Below are positions 28,701 to 37,636 of a DNA stretch of 64,000 nt, piece by piece. The position numbers and the translations under genes are program-made. The notes below the pieces were generated by a model, which was not told the origin of the DNA, made no database searches, and worked only from the letters and a program-made list of their open reading frames with translations. Each line of letters opens with the position of its first letter. Position 1 is the stretch's first letter. Source of the DNA: Bacillota bacterium (GTDB lineage Bacteria > Bacillota > Clostridia > DSM-8532); contig JAEZTB010000059.1 of the NCBI GenBank assembly GCA_023443745.1, positions 11,998 through 75,997 of the forward strand. Reading direction: 5' to 3'.

Positions 28701-29117
28701 AATTAAAGACACAGCCTGCATCTGATTGCTGCTTACACCATACCGGAATCGGACAGTAAACACATCATAGGCATCAAATAACATTCTGAATTCTGTGGTT
28801 ACTTTTCCGGTCTGCTCCTCGAATGCGATGGACGCACCGGCTGAGGTCCCATTGAGCATCAACACATTGTTGGCTGGATTACCGGGGTCGGCAACCACCT
28901 TCACGGTTCCATCAGCGCTCTTTACGCTCCCTACCGGTACATGGGTCCAATCATTACTGACAGTGGCATCAATGGGATCGGATTGAAAATTTACATTTAC
29001 ATCTAATAGTGTATTGCCTGTTTCTGCCAGTACCGGAATCTCCAAAAGAGAAAATAACAGTGAAAATGAAAGAAATAATGCCAAGATCCTTGCCATACGC
29101 TTATTTTCTTTTATCAT
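25707..29117 (-). CDS. Secreted multidomain enzyme: 2x LamG/ConA-like lectin repeats, an Asp-box (BNR) beta-propeller (sialidase-like), and FN3 plus an alpha/beta-hydrolase esterase
   Basis: Start at 29117 (AAGAGGG 6 nt upstream) gives MIKENKRMARILALFLSFSLLFSLLEIPVLA. Asp-boxes STDNGRTW and SDDNGETW. Esterase motifs HGSGG, AYSAGG, HGSVD, GKGHD. Confidence 0.8.
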   Translation of the reverse strand: MIKENKRMARILALFLSFSLLFSLLEIPVLAETGNTLLDVNVNFQSDPIDATVSNDWTHVPVGSVKSADGTVKVVADPGNPANNVLMLNGTSAGASIAFEEQTGKVTTEFRMLFDAYDVFTVRFRYGVSSNQMQAVSLIARATGSLEYNNGSNAVKFISGAANDKYELNKWYNAKIEADIASGKYDLYIDGVKVNGSEPANFANAASGGPIVKLNCLSFNNTSATTSGKFYVDDVHIYQPVSENEPSTARYTFEDEAVGTMPGYPWVENGTVLGKVKVAADPENSGNKVMFIEDSSNSSNARSMVNFIAQKGSFTAKFRVRYMTKDVYTVNLMETVDASKLGVSFIARGTGKLSVYNGSTEVQLADYEVNTWYDVEMTVDLAAQKFSVSINGTEKISNASFRHSGITAIEYLMFGTTGATIGNMYIDDVDVPEAPEQVNDIPRYTPVYKNLQMLYDADSNTGLAKPGQTYSAFPSIIEMDNDEVFIVYKQGYSHMNDDGDMEAIIYNNASETVVSRFVIDDEVSENAQNPEVLRMPNGDMVIYNDIQRTTSSGRQRTKIKEYRSTDNGRTWNVVRESLKDNTGIEYGYTFDDAIIGDRIYMLAMTFPEFDNALASPGRSVHMIYSDDNGETWMHLKNLNEEFGYAFNESTFEPYEDGFVVFTRGDAQSTRIYITDINMNVEKSRVLSGNVDCINASGRPKLFIKDGEYYVLMRGYPSNTSGMKLVLHKFDMETLLPVNCIILDSTNGDGFYAEPYFKTKNGMEYFNAITYCAVNSAKPDVIRLEYAWQELERMSPVDTNPPVWNENSLVIQNITETGADLSWYAASDDTTVLSYEVFQNNDSLGKVDFSNVEETVFTLPGVRVNYANQGEVYLVMPKNIPQGVTLPVVFGVHGSGGSALVFRDHPMYKNIKDLALKYGYIFVALSNGQDAWGTDDGFYNLNLLYTYMQENYQVDQKAVLYAYSAGGTLAYRMIKEYPEKVDFMVGTYPVYDMTSFTGTSAQAAWGVSNYNDYVAAVASVNPSHYPEALVNHRIYLSHGSVDTAVPVESNSQKLKDDVTALGGSVELQIVVGKGHDSTVPEYYTTTANNAFKNNPAQYIMTVDGHADATSYEFKVRASDQYNTSDSNTVLLETSVAD

Positions 29118-29171
29118 AACAAACCCTCTTTTCATTTTGATTCATTTTTTTGGCAGATTAAATATCCTTTT

Positions 29172-29205
29172 AGCCTGGAATGGCATATACAAACCATCCC
29201 AGGCT
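29172..29205 (-). other. Intercistronic stem-loop downstream of the SBP gene
   Basis: agcctggaatgg / ccatcccaggct (12 bp, 1 mismatch) with a 10-nt loop. No U-tract on the coding strand. Confidence 0.35.
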
Positions 29206-29220
29206 AATTGTCAATGTATG

Positions 29221-30831
29221 CTATCTATGCTCTTGATAATATTTATTATAACGATCAGTAACTTCCTGCCATCCCTCATCATACACACGGGTAATAAATT
29301 CATCCCATGCGGAAAGAGGCTTGTCATTGTAAATAATCTCTACGCAAATCTTTAGGAACTCCGTTGTATAGATATCTTTTTTATAGAACTCTGTTTCTTC
29401 TGCAAGCTGAATTCCGATCAGCCCTTTTTGATCATAGTTATTCACATAATCAATACTGGTTTTCAGCCATTCCTGCTCATAGGGCTTGTATTCCGGAATA
29501 ATGTTTTTCAACCACAGAGATTCGTCGTTGGGACGGCGGAACATTTGCAGATAGCCAATCCATTTTGAGAACAGCCCGTTTTCGGGTTCCAGTTTCTCGA
29601 TATTGCTGTCGCTCTTCTTGTAATGTACGCCTTCCAAACCAATACTCATAATGCCCCAGCCTTCATCGCTCAGCATCCAATCAAATACGTCAATAATGCG
29701 CTGTTCTTTACCCTTGGCCGTAGTCGTCAGTGCCCATGCATTGTAGAGTCCTGCATTTGTGGAAACCAGTGTTTCCTTGGCATACACTTCAGGGGTATTG
29801 CTCACGGGGAAATTCACCAGTTCAAACTCGGCTGATGGATCTATTGTACGCAGCGTATTTAATTCACGATCAAGATTACCCACAAATGTACGCATGGATG
29901 AAACCGCACCCTTGGTCAATCTCTCCTGTTTTGCAGATACACCCTTATTGGAGATGAAGTCAGGATCAAGGGATCCGTCCTCATTCAGGTTCTTGTAGAA
30001 CTCCAAAGCGTTCTTAAACCGACCGTCTTTTGCGAACATACCGTAAAAGACCTTTCCGTCCTCGCCTACGTACCAGTTCTTATCGGCGTTCCATGCTCTT
30101 GCAAAGAATTCCAGATTAATGGTACCACTAAGATTCATCATCTCACTGGACTCGCTGACCCCGTATGTATCATTGGCCTTATTTCCGTCAGGATCCTGGG
30201 TAGCAATAGCCTTATATAGGTCTCTCCAGTCATCAATGGTTTTGGGTACTTCCTTGCCGAGCTTCTCTCTCCAATCCTTACGGTTTGCCATAAAGTCTTC
30301 GCGAATCAAAGTTGAGCGCGGAACCATGTAAACCTTTCCGTCCGGATCGCGCACGGCATCCCAGCAGGTAGGATTGGTGTACTTCATAATGTTTTCAGCT
30401 TTAGCGAGATACTCATCCAATGGAAGAATAATTTGATTCTTTACCATGGAGGTATACAAATTGTCGGTAAGGCCCTTGCTGCTGGTATTCATAATGATAA
30501 CATCAGGATAATCTTGACTTGCCATCATCGCACTTCTTTTTTCCCATACGTTTGCAGCGGGATAGGCAATCCATTCTATTTCCGCATTGGCTTTTTCATT
30601 TACTGCATCAACCCAAGCATTGTTTTCAGGGTTGAAATCAGCGGGGGCAAGTAACATAATAGAGAATTTTATAGGCTCCTTAGGCGCTTCCGGTGATTCA
30701 CCAGCAGTTTGAGTGGGACTTTGAACAGGTGTTTTCTCCGGTGCCTTTGCATTCTGACATCCTGCTGCTGAAACCAAGATGACGACTGTCAGAATAACGA
30801 GAAGAAATTTCTTTAAGCTATGGTTCTTCAT
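29221..30831 (-). CDS. Extracellular solute-binding lipoprotein, LplA-type (large family-1 SBP)
   Basis: Lipobox LVSAAGCQ. 536 aa, typical of SBPs partnered with YesM/YesN-regulated importers. Confidence 0.85.
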   Translation of the reverse strand: MKNHSLKKFLLVILTVVILVSAAGCQNAKAPEKTPVQSPTQTAGESPEAPKEPIKFSIMLLAPADFNPENNAWVDAVNEKANAEIEWIAYPAANVWEKRSAMMASQDYPDVIIMNTSSKGLTDNLYTSMVKNQIILPLDEYLAKAENIMKYTNPTCWDAVRDPDGKVYMVPRSTLIREDFMANRKDWREKLGKEVPKTIDDWRDLYKAIATQDPDGNKANDTYGVSESSEMMNLSGTINLEFFARAWNADKNWYVGEDGKVFYGMFAKDGRFKNALEFYKNLNEDGSLDPDFISNKGVSAKQERLTKGAVSSMRTFVGNLDRELNTLRTIDPSAEFELVNFPVSNTPEVYAKETLVSTNAGLYNAWALTTTAKGKEQRIIDVFDWMLSDEGWGIMSIGLEGVHYKKSDSNIEKLEPENGLFSKWIGYLQMFRRPNDESLWLKNIIPEYKPYEQEWLKTSIDYVNNYDQKGLIGIQLAEETEFYKKDIYTTEFLKICVEIIYNDKPLSAWDEFITRVYDEGWQEVTDRYNKYYQEHR

Positions 30832-30897
30832 TTTTTCCTTCCTTTCATGTCATTTTTATATATTTTCTTTGATAAATGGGTTCGGAGAGTATTGCCC

Positions 30898-31779
30898 CTA
30901 GCCTTTTACAGCGCCAATCATGATACCCTTTATAAAAAAGCGCTGCAGGAAGGGATAGGCTGATAAAATAGGAAGTATCGCAACAACAATGGTCGCACAC
31001 TGCATGGTTTTTGGGAAGACCTGGGTTAAGACTGCAGGATCAGTCAGCAGCTCGTTATTTTCTGTTATAATTTCACGAAGTAAAATTGAAAGGGTCCAAT
31101 TGCTTCTGCTGTTGATATACATGACAGCCTCATAGAAGCGATTCCAATTGGCGACAGCATAAAACAGGGTTACGGTGGCAATCACCGGACCGGAAAGAGG
31201 AATGATGATGCCCGTTAATATACGCAGATGGCCGGCGCCGTCAATTTTAGCAGATTCTTCTATGCTGTCGGGAATGCTTTCAAAAAAGTTTTTTACAATG
31301 ATGAAATTATAGGTGCTGATTGACATGGGTAATATTAAAGCCCAGAGGGTATCGACCAGATTAAGTGACCGTACCACTAAGAAGGTCGGGATAATACCGC
31401 CGTTGAACATCATGGTAAAGATAATGAAAAACATGATGACTCTGCTGCCCTTGACCTTTTCCTTGGCAAGCGGATAGGCGGTGATCACGGTCATAAGTAC
31501 ATTAACAAGCGTTCCAACAATGGCAATAAAAATCGTGTTCTTATAGGATGACATAATCAACGGGCTGTTAAAAATGCTCTTATAGGCCTCCAAATTGAAT
31601 TCAATGGGGAAAACCATCAAGGGATGCTTCATGTAGGCCGGGTAACTGCTCAAGGATATGGCCAGTACGTTGATTATGGGATAAAGCGTAATAATACCAA
31701 GTAAAGTTAGCAGTGAATAATTAATAATATCAAATAGCGTTTCACCTGTTGTCTGTTTGATTCGTTTTGTCTTTACCAT
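30898..31779 (-). CDS. ABC sugar permease, LplC-type
   Basis: 6 TM segments. EAA loop ESAKIDGAGHLRILTGIIIP. Confidence 0.9.
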   Translation of the reverse strand: MVKTKRIKQTTGETLFDIINYSLLTLLGIITLYPIINVLAISLSSYPAYMKHPLMVFPIEFNLEAYKSIFNSPLIMSSYKNTIFIAIVGTLVNVLMTVITAYPLAKEKVKGSRVIMFFIIFTMMFNGGIIPTFLVVRSLNLVDTLWALILPMSISTYNFIIVKNFFESIPDSIEESAKIDGAGHLRILTGIIIPLSGPVIATVTLFYAVANWNRFYEAVMYINSRSNWTLSILLREIITENNELLTDPAVLTQVFPKTMQCATIVVAILPILSAYPFLQRFFIKGIMIGAVKG

Positions 31780-32738
31780 TAGAAAATCCCTTTCTCGCCG
31801 AATTTAATGGCCAACTTATTCGCTATCATCAGCATAACAAACGCAACACAGGATTTGAACATACCCACTGCCGTCGCGAAATCATAGCGCGCATCTACAA
31901 GGCCTATACGATAGACATAGGTTTCAAACACGTCGGCTACTTCGTAAACATTGGGGTTGTAAAGTAAGAATATCTGTTCAAAACCATTGTTCATAATATT
32001 GCCGATCTTCATGAGCAGCAAAACGATAATTGTGCTTTTGATACCGGGCAGTGTGATGCTGATAATCTGACGAATTCTTCCGGCACCGTCAATTTTGGCC
32101 GCTTCATAAAGCTGCGGATCAATATTGGTAAGCGCTGCAAGGAAAATAATCGTATTCCAGCCCATATTATGCCAGAGGTCGGATAGCACCAGAATGGTCC
32201 TAAATTTAGTTTTACTGGCCAGAAAATTAATGGCATCACCACCAAAGGATTTTATGATAACGTTGACTATGCCATTAGACGGAGAGAGGAGATTGATAAC
32301 GATACCGGAGATAACCACCCAGGATAAAAAGTAGGGCAAATACACAATAGTCTGTAGTCCGCGTTTGAATAAAGTGCTTTTGACTTCATTGAGCATAATG
32401 GCCAATAGGATGGGGACGGGAAAACAGACGGCTAATTTATAAAAGCTTATGATAAGAGAATTTCTAAATACTTGAAGAAACGTTGAGCTGCTAAAAAGCT
32501 TACTGAAATGTTTAAAGCCTACCCAATCGCTTCCCCAAATTCCGCTGAAAATATCAAAGTCCTTGAAGGCTATCACGATACCTGCCATGGGCAGATAATA
32601 AAAGGTGATGTAATAGAGGATTCCGGGTATTAATAAAAAATAAATTGCTTTATTATTCATAAAATGATTGAGAAAGCCATCCCGTTTTTTCCTTTGTTTC
32701 TTGAGGACTATTCTCTTATCCAATGTTATGTCTGTCAT
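31779..32738 (-). CDS. ABC sugar permease, LplB-type
   Basis: EAA loop EAAKIDGAGRIRQIISITLP. ATG at 32738 lies 4 nt after GGAGG; the ORF-track start at 32771 lacks an RBS. Confidence 0.85.
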   Translation of the reverse strand: MTDITLDKRIVLKKQRKKRDGFLNHFMNNKAIYFLLIPGILYYITFYYLPMAGIVIAFKDFDIFSGIWGSDWVGFKHFSKLFSSSTFLQVFRNSLIISFYKLAVCFPVPILLAIMLNEVKSTLFKRGLQTIVYLPYFLSWVVISGIVINLLSPSNGIVNVIIKSFGGDAINFLASKTKFRTILVLSDLWHNMGWNTIIFLAALTNIDPQLYEAAKIDGAGRIRQIISITLPGIKSTIIVLLLMKIGNIMNNGFEQIFLLYNPNVYEVADVFETYVYRIGLVDARYDFATAVGMFKSCVAFVMLMIANKLAIKFGEKGIF

Positions 32739-32811
32739 ATTACCTCCAGAGCTTATGATAATTGCTAACAAAATTATATAGGCCGCCCTGTGCTTACTTC
32801 AACGACATAAC

Positions 32812-32826
32812 TTTGTGATATGGTCT
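32812..32826. repeat. Direct repeat copy 1 (tttgtgatatggtct) upstream of the Lpl-type ABC operon
   Basis: 14/15 identical to 32873-32887, with a 61-bp start-to-start offset. Confidence 0.4.
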
Positions 32827-32872
32827 TATATCTTTTCCACTTTAGATTGCTTCTCATGAAAAAGAGTCAAAT

Positions 32873-32887
32873 TTTGTGATTTGGTCT
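32873..32887. repeat. Direct repeat copy 2 (tttgtgatttggtct)
   Basis: See copy 1. Candidate binding sites for the AraC-type YesN regulator. Confidence 0.4.
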
Positions 32888-32995
32888 GATTTTTTGTACT
32901 AATTGATTACCTTTTGAATGCGGTGTCCGTTTCCGGAAATAAATTCGGCTTTGATTTTTCCGAAAGGGTAATTATCAGAAAGACTAATGCTTTTC

Positions 32996-33040
32996 ATAAA
33001 CAAAAGCCCGATTATCCTTTATTTATTGGATTATCGGGCT
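32996..33040 (-). terminator. Rho-independent terminator after nagA
   Basis: Minus strand: agcccgataatcc / ggataatcgggct stem (1 mismatch) followed by tttgtttat. Confidence 0.7.
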
Positions 33041-33066
33041 TGTTCTGGTTGATGTGAAGAATTTGA

Positions 33067-34245
33067 TCACGCTTGAACAACTTTACCGCTGCAAATGATA
33101 TGCTGTATCTCAATATTATCATTGAAAATGACAAGATCTGCAATTTTCCCTGTTTCTATGCTGCCTCTTTCATTGTCTATGTTCAGAATCTGTGCAGGAG
33201 TTATAGTCATCATTTTGATGCTGTCCACCAAAGGAATTCCAGCAATTTTGTAAGCGGTCCGTATCAGTCGATCCGCTGTTGCAATACTTCCCGCAAAGGC
33301 AGAACGATCCGGGAGCTTTGCCACACCGTCCTCAATGATAATTCTTTGACCGTTCTCAAGGCTTCCGGTAATAGATTCTGTTACGTCCTGGCCTGTGCAG
33401 CGCAAGGAATCTGTTATTAGGCAAGTTTTGTCTGTTCCCTTCAGGCGATATACCATATGCAGCAATTCAGGAGGAATGTGGCATCCGTCAGCTATCACTT
33501 CCACTGTCAGAGCTTCTAATGCATAAGCGCTTTCAATAACGCCAAGATAACGGAATCCGCTGCGGCGCGTAATTGTCGACATTCCGGAATACAAATGGGT
33601 AACATGGGTATAATGATGATCCCTTGCCTCTTTTATAGTTGCGTATTCCGCATTGCTATGGCCTATACTTGGCAGGATACCATGTTGATGCAGATAATCG
33701 CCCATTTCCATCGCACCCTTGAGCTCGGGAGCCACCGACCAGCGTTTGATATCACCGTTTGCATAGGAAATAATGTCGGAATATTCCTTAACATCAGGAT
33801 CCTTTATATACTTTGGATCCTGTGCGCCCCTCTGCTCCATGCTAAAATAAGGTCCTTCAAAATGAAGGCCGGGCATATACGGCGCAACGCCTAGGATTTC
33901 TCGGGCTTCACGGAAGCTATCGACTGCACGATACATCTCCTGAAAACCTGCAGAAAGCGTTGTTGGCAGGATGGTTGTCGTTCCATGCATCAGATGGGTT
34001 CTGCAAGCAGTCACGAAAGCCTCTGTAGTGCCATCCATGAAATCAGCACCGCCTGCACCATGTGTATGCATGTCGATAAAACCCGGTGACACATAATTTC
34101 CCCCTGCGTCAATAACTTCTGCGTCACTAGCGCTGGGAACGTCGCCAAAATAAATCTCACTAATTTGGTGATCGACCAGTAAAAGTCCGCCTTTCTCAAT
34201 CCGATCATGCAAGATCAATTGAGCATTATTAATTATTGTTCTCAT
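33067..34245 (-). CDS. nagA: N-acetylglucosamine-6-phosphate deacetylase family amidohydrolase
   Basis: 392 aa. GFIDMHTHGAGG metal site, HFEGP, GHSNA, HLYSGM and ITDS motifs in NagA order. Confidence 0.8.
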   Translation of the reverse strand: MRTIINNAQLILHDRIEKGGLLLVDHQISEIYFGDVPSASDAEVIDAGGNYVSPGFIDMHTHGAGGADFMDGTTEAFVTACRTHLMHGTTTILPTTLSAGFQEMYRAVDSFREAREILGVAPYMPGLHFEGPYFSMEQRGAQDPKYIKDPDVKEYSDIISYANGDIKRWSVAPELKGAMEMGDYLHQHGILPSIGHSNAEYATIKEARDHHYTHVTHLYSGMSTITRRSGFRYLGVIESAYALEALTVEVIADGCHIPPELLHMVYRLKGTDKTCLITDSLRCTGQDVTESITGSLENGQRIIIEDGVAKLPDRSAFAGSIATADRLIRTAYKIAGIPLVDSIKMMTITPAQILNIDNERGSIETGKIADLVIFNDNIEIQHIICSGKVVQA

Positions 34246-34256
34246 AGGGCACCTCT

Positions 34257-35522
34257 TTACTTTGAGAATACATGGGGGTAGACTTTATCCATTGCTGCAA
34301 TAATATCAGCAATGTCCTGTTCGGTGTATGTAGGGCCTATACCAATTCCCACGCATCTTTCTAAATTACCGTCCGTATTTGGACAATCTTTGGCATCGAA
34401 TACAATGTCTTTCCCGTCAAAAGCCGGCCCAAAGGGTGGCATTTCATTATGGGGTAAAGCTTTACTCTTTATCGGATATTTATGAATCAGATTGCAGCAT
34501 GCAGAAGTCAACTGACATGGAATTCCTTCGGCGTTCATATAGCTTATAAACTTTGAACCATGTTCCTTTGACGGGAACATCATAATAAATGCAATTCCAC
34601 AATCGCCTTCCTCATAACGAACGCTGATTTCCTTCCATGAGGCCACATGCTCTCTTAGAACCGCATGCCATTTACGGCAAGTCGCAAGCATGCCACCCAT
34701 TTTCCGGAGCTGTGCCAGAAGAAAAGCTGAGGAAAGCTCATTCATTCGAAGCTGAATTCCCGCAAATGAATAAACTTCATCTGTCAAAGAAGGATTTGAA
34801 AGACGATCAGCAAATGTTTTTCTCACGAAGCCAAGATCATGATACCGAACCGCACGGACAAACATCTCTTCATTGTTTGTAATGACCATGCCACCTTCAC
34901 CGCAGGTAAGAATCTTGTGGGTCTGGAAGCTGAAAATAGCAATGTCACCAATAGTACCCAGTATCTTTCCATGGTAATCGCCACCACAGCACTGTGCGCA
35001 GTCTTCAATCAAAATCAGCTTATGGGCATGGGCAATTTCCATAATGCGTTGCATTTTGGCGGGGCCGCCCTGATAATGAACGACTACGACAGCCTTGGTT
35101 CTGTCGGTTATTTTCGATTCCAGGTCATCCGGATCTATATTCAGATCCCCCCCAATATCTGCAAATACAGGTGTCACGCCCATTGCAACCAGTGCGCAGT
35201 AGTTCGAATACCAAGAAAATGAAGGTATAATCACTTCGCTGCCCGGCCCCAGATTTGCCGCAGCAAATGCGCACATCAGTGCTGACGTACCGCTGTTCAC
35301 TGCAAGAGTATATTTAACACCGAAATGTTCTGCAAATACTTTTTCTAATAAATCTGTTTTTTGCGGATTACCTACTCCATAATGCCGAAACGGACTTTTT
35401 TCACGGACAACGTCCGCTAATTCGTCCAATTCTTCCTGTCCTATCATGGATGCGCCAATCATATTTGTAGGTAGCGGTGTCGTTCTGATAGGTTCCCCGC
35501 CAAAAAATGCCAACTTTTTCAT
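34257..35522 (-). CDS. DegT/DnrJ/EryC1/StrS-family PLP-dependent sugar aminotransferase
   Basis: AVNSGTSAL and the PLP-lysine motif SFQTHKILTCGEGG. Confidence 0.85.
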   Translation of the reverse strand: MKKLAFFGGEPIRTTPLPTNMIGASMIGQEELDELADVVREKSPFRHYGVGNPQKTDLLEKVFAEHFGVKYTLAVNSGTSALMCAFAAANLGPGSEVIIPSFSWYSNYCALVAMGVTPVFADIGGDLNIDPDDLESKITDRTKAVVVVHYQGGPAKMQRIMEIAHAHKLILIEDCAQCCGGDYHGKILGTIGDIAIFSFQTHKILTCGEGGMVITNNEEMFVRAVRYHDLGFVRKTFADRLSNPSLTDEVYSFAGIQLRMNELSSAFLLAQLRKMGGMLATCRKWHAVLREHVASWKEISVRYEEGDCGIAFIMMFPSKEHGSKFISYMNAEGIPCQLTSACCNLIHKYPIKSKALPHNEMPPFGPAFDGKDIVFDAKDCPNTDGNLERCVGIGIGPTYTEQDIADIIAAMDKVYPHVFSK

Positions 35523-35544
35523 GATTACCTCCCTTGATTATCCA

Positions 35545-36570
35545 CTAAAACCCCCGATGTTCTTTTGAAGATTGATAGATGCGTAAAATCAATTCAACTG
35601 CTTTTCTTGCTTCTTCTCCCGAAACTGAGGGTGGTTTTTTATTTAAAATCTCATAAACGATTTGTTTCAACTGCGCCCTATGGTCCGCGCAATCAAATGC
35701 TGCAGGGTCGGCAAATTCTTTTGCATTTTTTGCTTCCTTATATTCTTCAATTTCATCATCGATAATATCATGATCTCTAAAAACCCAATGCACAATCCTA
35801 TTGTCACGAACAACAGCTGTGCCTCGTTCGCCTGTTATTTGTAATTCAGCAGGGAATCCTCCATAGGTGGAAGTGGTTGCAATAAATGAACCGATGGCAC
35901 CGTTTACAAATTCCAGAGAAGCTACCGCTGTATCCTCGGTCTCAATTCCTTTATGCAGCAGCGTACGGGTATAGCCAAACACACGGGTAACGTCGCCTAC
36001 CAACCAAAGCAGCAGATCCACGTAATGAATACTTTGATTCATCAATGCTCCGCCACCGTCCAATGACCAGGTACCGCGCCATGAGGATTCATGATAATAT
36101 TCAGGGGCGCGATACCAGCGTACATTCGCGTTGGCATTGATCATTTTTCCGAATCGTCCGCTGTCAACTGCTTTTTTCAGAAACTGATAAACTGGTTTAT
36201 AGCGATTATTGTATATGCCGTGTAATTGTACTTTGCTGCACTCGCACGCATGTATAACGGCATCTATTCTTTCAGAAGTTATTTCTATTGGCTTTTCAAT
36301 GATGACATGCTTTCCTGCTTTTGCCGCCAAAATGGCAATGCCACCATGGGCTCCGCTGGGAGTACAAATGATAACTGCATCTACATCATCGCGTGCCAAT
36401 AGTTCCTCGTTGGTGGCGCATACATCAGCTCCGCATCTTTCTGCCGCACGCATGGCGCTCTCTACCGAACGGGAAGATATGGCTACAACTTTAGCATCAG
36501 ATATGTCCTTAATTGCATCTATATGCTTTTCAGAGATCAAACCTCCGCCAATTATGCCTATACCTAACAT
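35545..36570 (-). CDS. Gfo/Idh/MocA-family NAD(P)-dependent sugar oxidoreductase
   Basis: N-terminal Rossmann motif MLGIGIIGGGLISEKH and the EKP motif (VIIEKPIE). Confidence 0.85.
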   Translation of the reverse strand: MLGIGIIGGGLISEKHIDAIKDISDAKVVAISSRSVESAMRAAERCGADVCATNEELLARDDVDAVIICTPSGAHGGIAILAAKAGKHVIIEKPIEITSERIDAVIHACECSKVQLHGIYNNRYKPVYQFLKKAVDSGRFGKMINANANVRWYRAPEYYHESSWRGTWSLDGGGALMNQSIHYVDLLLWLVGDVTRVFGYTRTLLHKGIETEDTAVASLEFVNGAIGSFIATTSTYGGFPAELQITGERGTAVVRDNRIVHWVFRDHDIIDDEIEEYKEAKNAKEFADPAAFDCADHRAQLKQIVYEILNKKPPSVSGEEARKAVELILRIYQSSKEHRGF

Positions 36571-36573
36571 TTA

Positions 36574-37467
36574 TCAACCTTCCAATAATTTTAATGCATT
36601 CTCACGGCAAATTTTATTATATGTGGTTTGGGTAATTTTCCCTGATTCCACCGCATCGTCCAGGAACTTGGACAGGTAACGGTAATTCGTTGCGTTACAA
36701 TAGTCTAAACCGAATAGCAATTTATCCTGGAACTCTTCCAGGAAACGATAACCGAACTCAGGATCTCTCATAATGGCGTTCTCACCTGAGCCTGCAGATA
36801 AGTCCCCATACATGTTGGGACATTTACGCATGAGCTCCACAACGCGTCCACCCGGAGTAACAGGACCTTTTGGATTACCTGCCCTGTTTTCGTTGGTGCA
36901 ATCCCCGCTGATTTCGGACCACCACTTATGAGAGTGACCAATGAAAATCAGGTTCGGGAATTTCTTAAGGGATGCTTCTAAGCGTGGCAATCCAAGATCG
37001 TCTATAATTCCATAATCATCCCCGCCCGCTTTGCCGATGTGGAACAAAATTGGCAGACCGCACTTCTCGGCATGATAGAACAGATTCTGCATCATAGGAT
37101 CATCAATGTAGAGATTGGCAGTCAGTTCGCCGATACCTTTCGCACCCAAAGACTTATAGTGTTCCATAACAATAGAGAGGTTGGCGTCTGCCGTATTCTT
37201 CAACCAACGTGGGTCAATATTGCAGAACCACCAGCCGACTGTTTCAGGATGCTTTTCCACCAACATTCTGGCATCACGATTGGTTAGTAAATCGTTATGA
37301 TGCTCCGGAGAAACGATGGGGAGTTGAACACCTTTTTCTACGCCAACTGCATCGTACATCTTCCGAATTTCTTCAACGGTTGTTGGATAAAATTTACCAT
37401 CTCCCATGCCCGGATATTCGTGCTGGAAGACATTATGCGCATGGAAATCTATTTTTGGAACTATCAT
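36574..37467 (-). CDS. Metal-dependent TIM-barrel hydrolase (amidohydrolase_2-like)
   Basis: N-terminal HxH (IDFHAHN), internal HIG and GHSH motifs. Confidence 0.7.
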   Translation of the reverse strand: MIVPKIDFHAHNVFQHEYPGMGDGKFYPTTVEEIRKMYDAVGVEKGVQLPIVSPEHHNDLLTNRDARMLVEKHPETVGWWFCNIDPRWLKNTADANLSIVMEHYKSLGAKGIGELTANLYIDDPMMQNLFYHAEKCGLPILFHIGKAGGDDYGIIDDLGLPRLEASLKKFPNLIFIGHSHKWWSEISGDCTNENRAGNPKGPVTPGGRVVELMRKCPNMYGDLSAGSGENAIMRDPEFGYRFLEEFQDKLLFGLDYCNATNYRYLSKFLDDAVESGKITQTTYNKICRENALKLLEG

Positions 37468-37594
37468 ATGGACCTCCTAATTATAACTAAATTAAGATGG
37501 GCCCCCACCCCGCCTCTTTAGGCGTGGGATGCCACTTAATATGAAATATCAATAAGATTTCTGAGCTTAGTGCGAAGAAAATTTATTCATTTTT

Positions 37595-37618
37595 TCAGTG
37601 GGAGATATCTCCCACTGA
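37595..37618. repeat. Perfect 24-nt palindrome tcagtgggagat|atctcccactga
   Basis: Seen directly. Lies in the 222-bp gap between the SIS and amidohydrolase genes. T-run on the plus-strand 5' side only. Confidence 0.6.
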
Positions 37619-37636
37619 AAGCGTTGAATAACGGGT

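Noticed and set aside
25707-29117. Calling the giant enzyme a canonical GH33 exo-sialidase (nanH)
   Set aside because: Asp-boxes alone are not diagnostic. The (F/Y)RIP position reads AFPSII and I could not locate the Arg triad by eye, so I kept it as a sialidase-like Asp-box propeller.
36209-36679. 156-aa plus-strand ORF spanning the Gfo/Idh/MocA-amidohydrolase junction
   Set aside because: It is antisense to two motif-supported genes and has a low-complexity Ala/Ser-rich translation.
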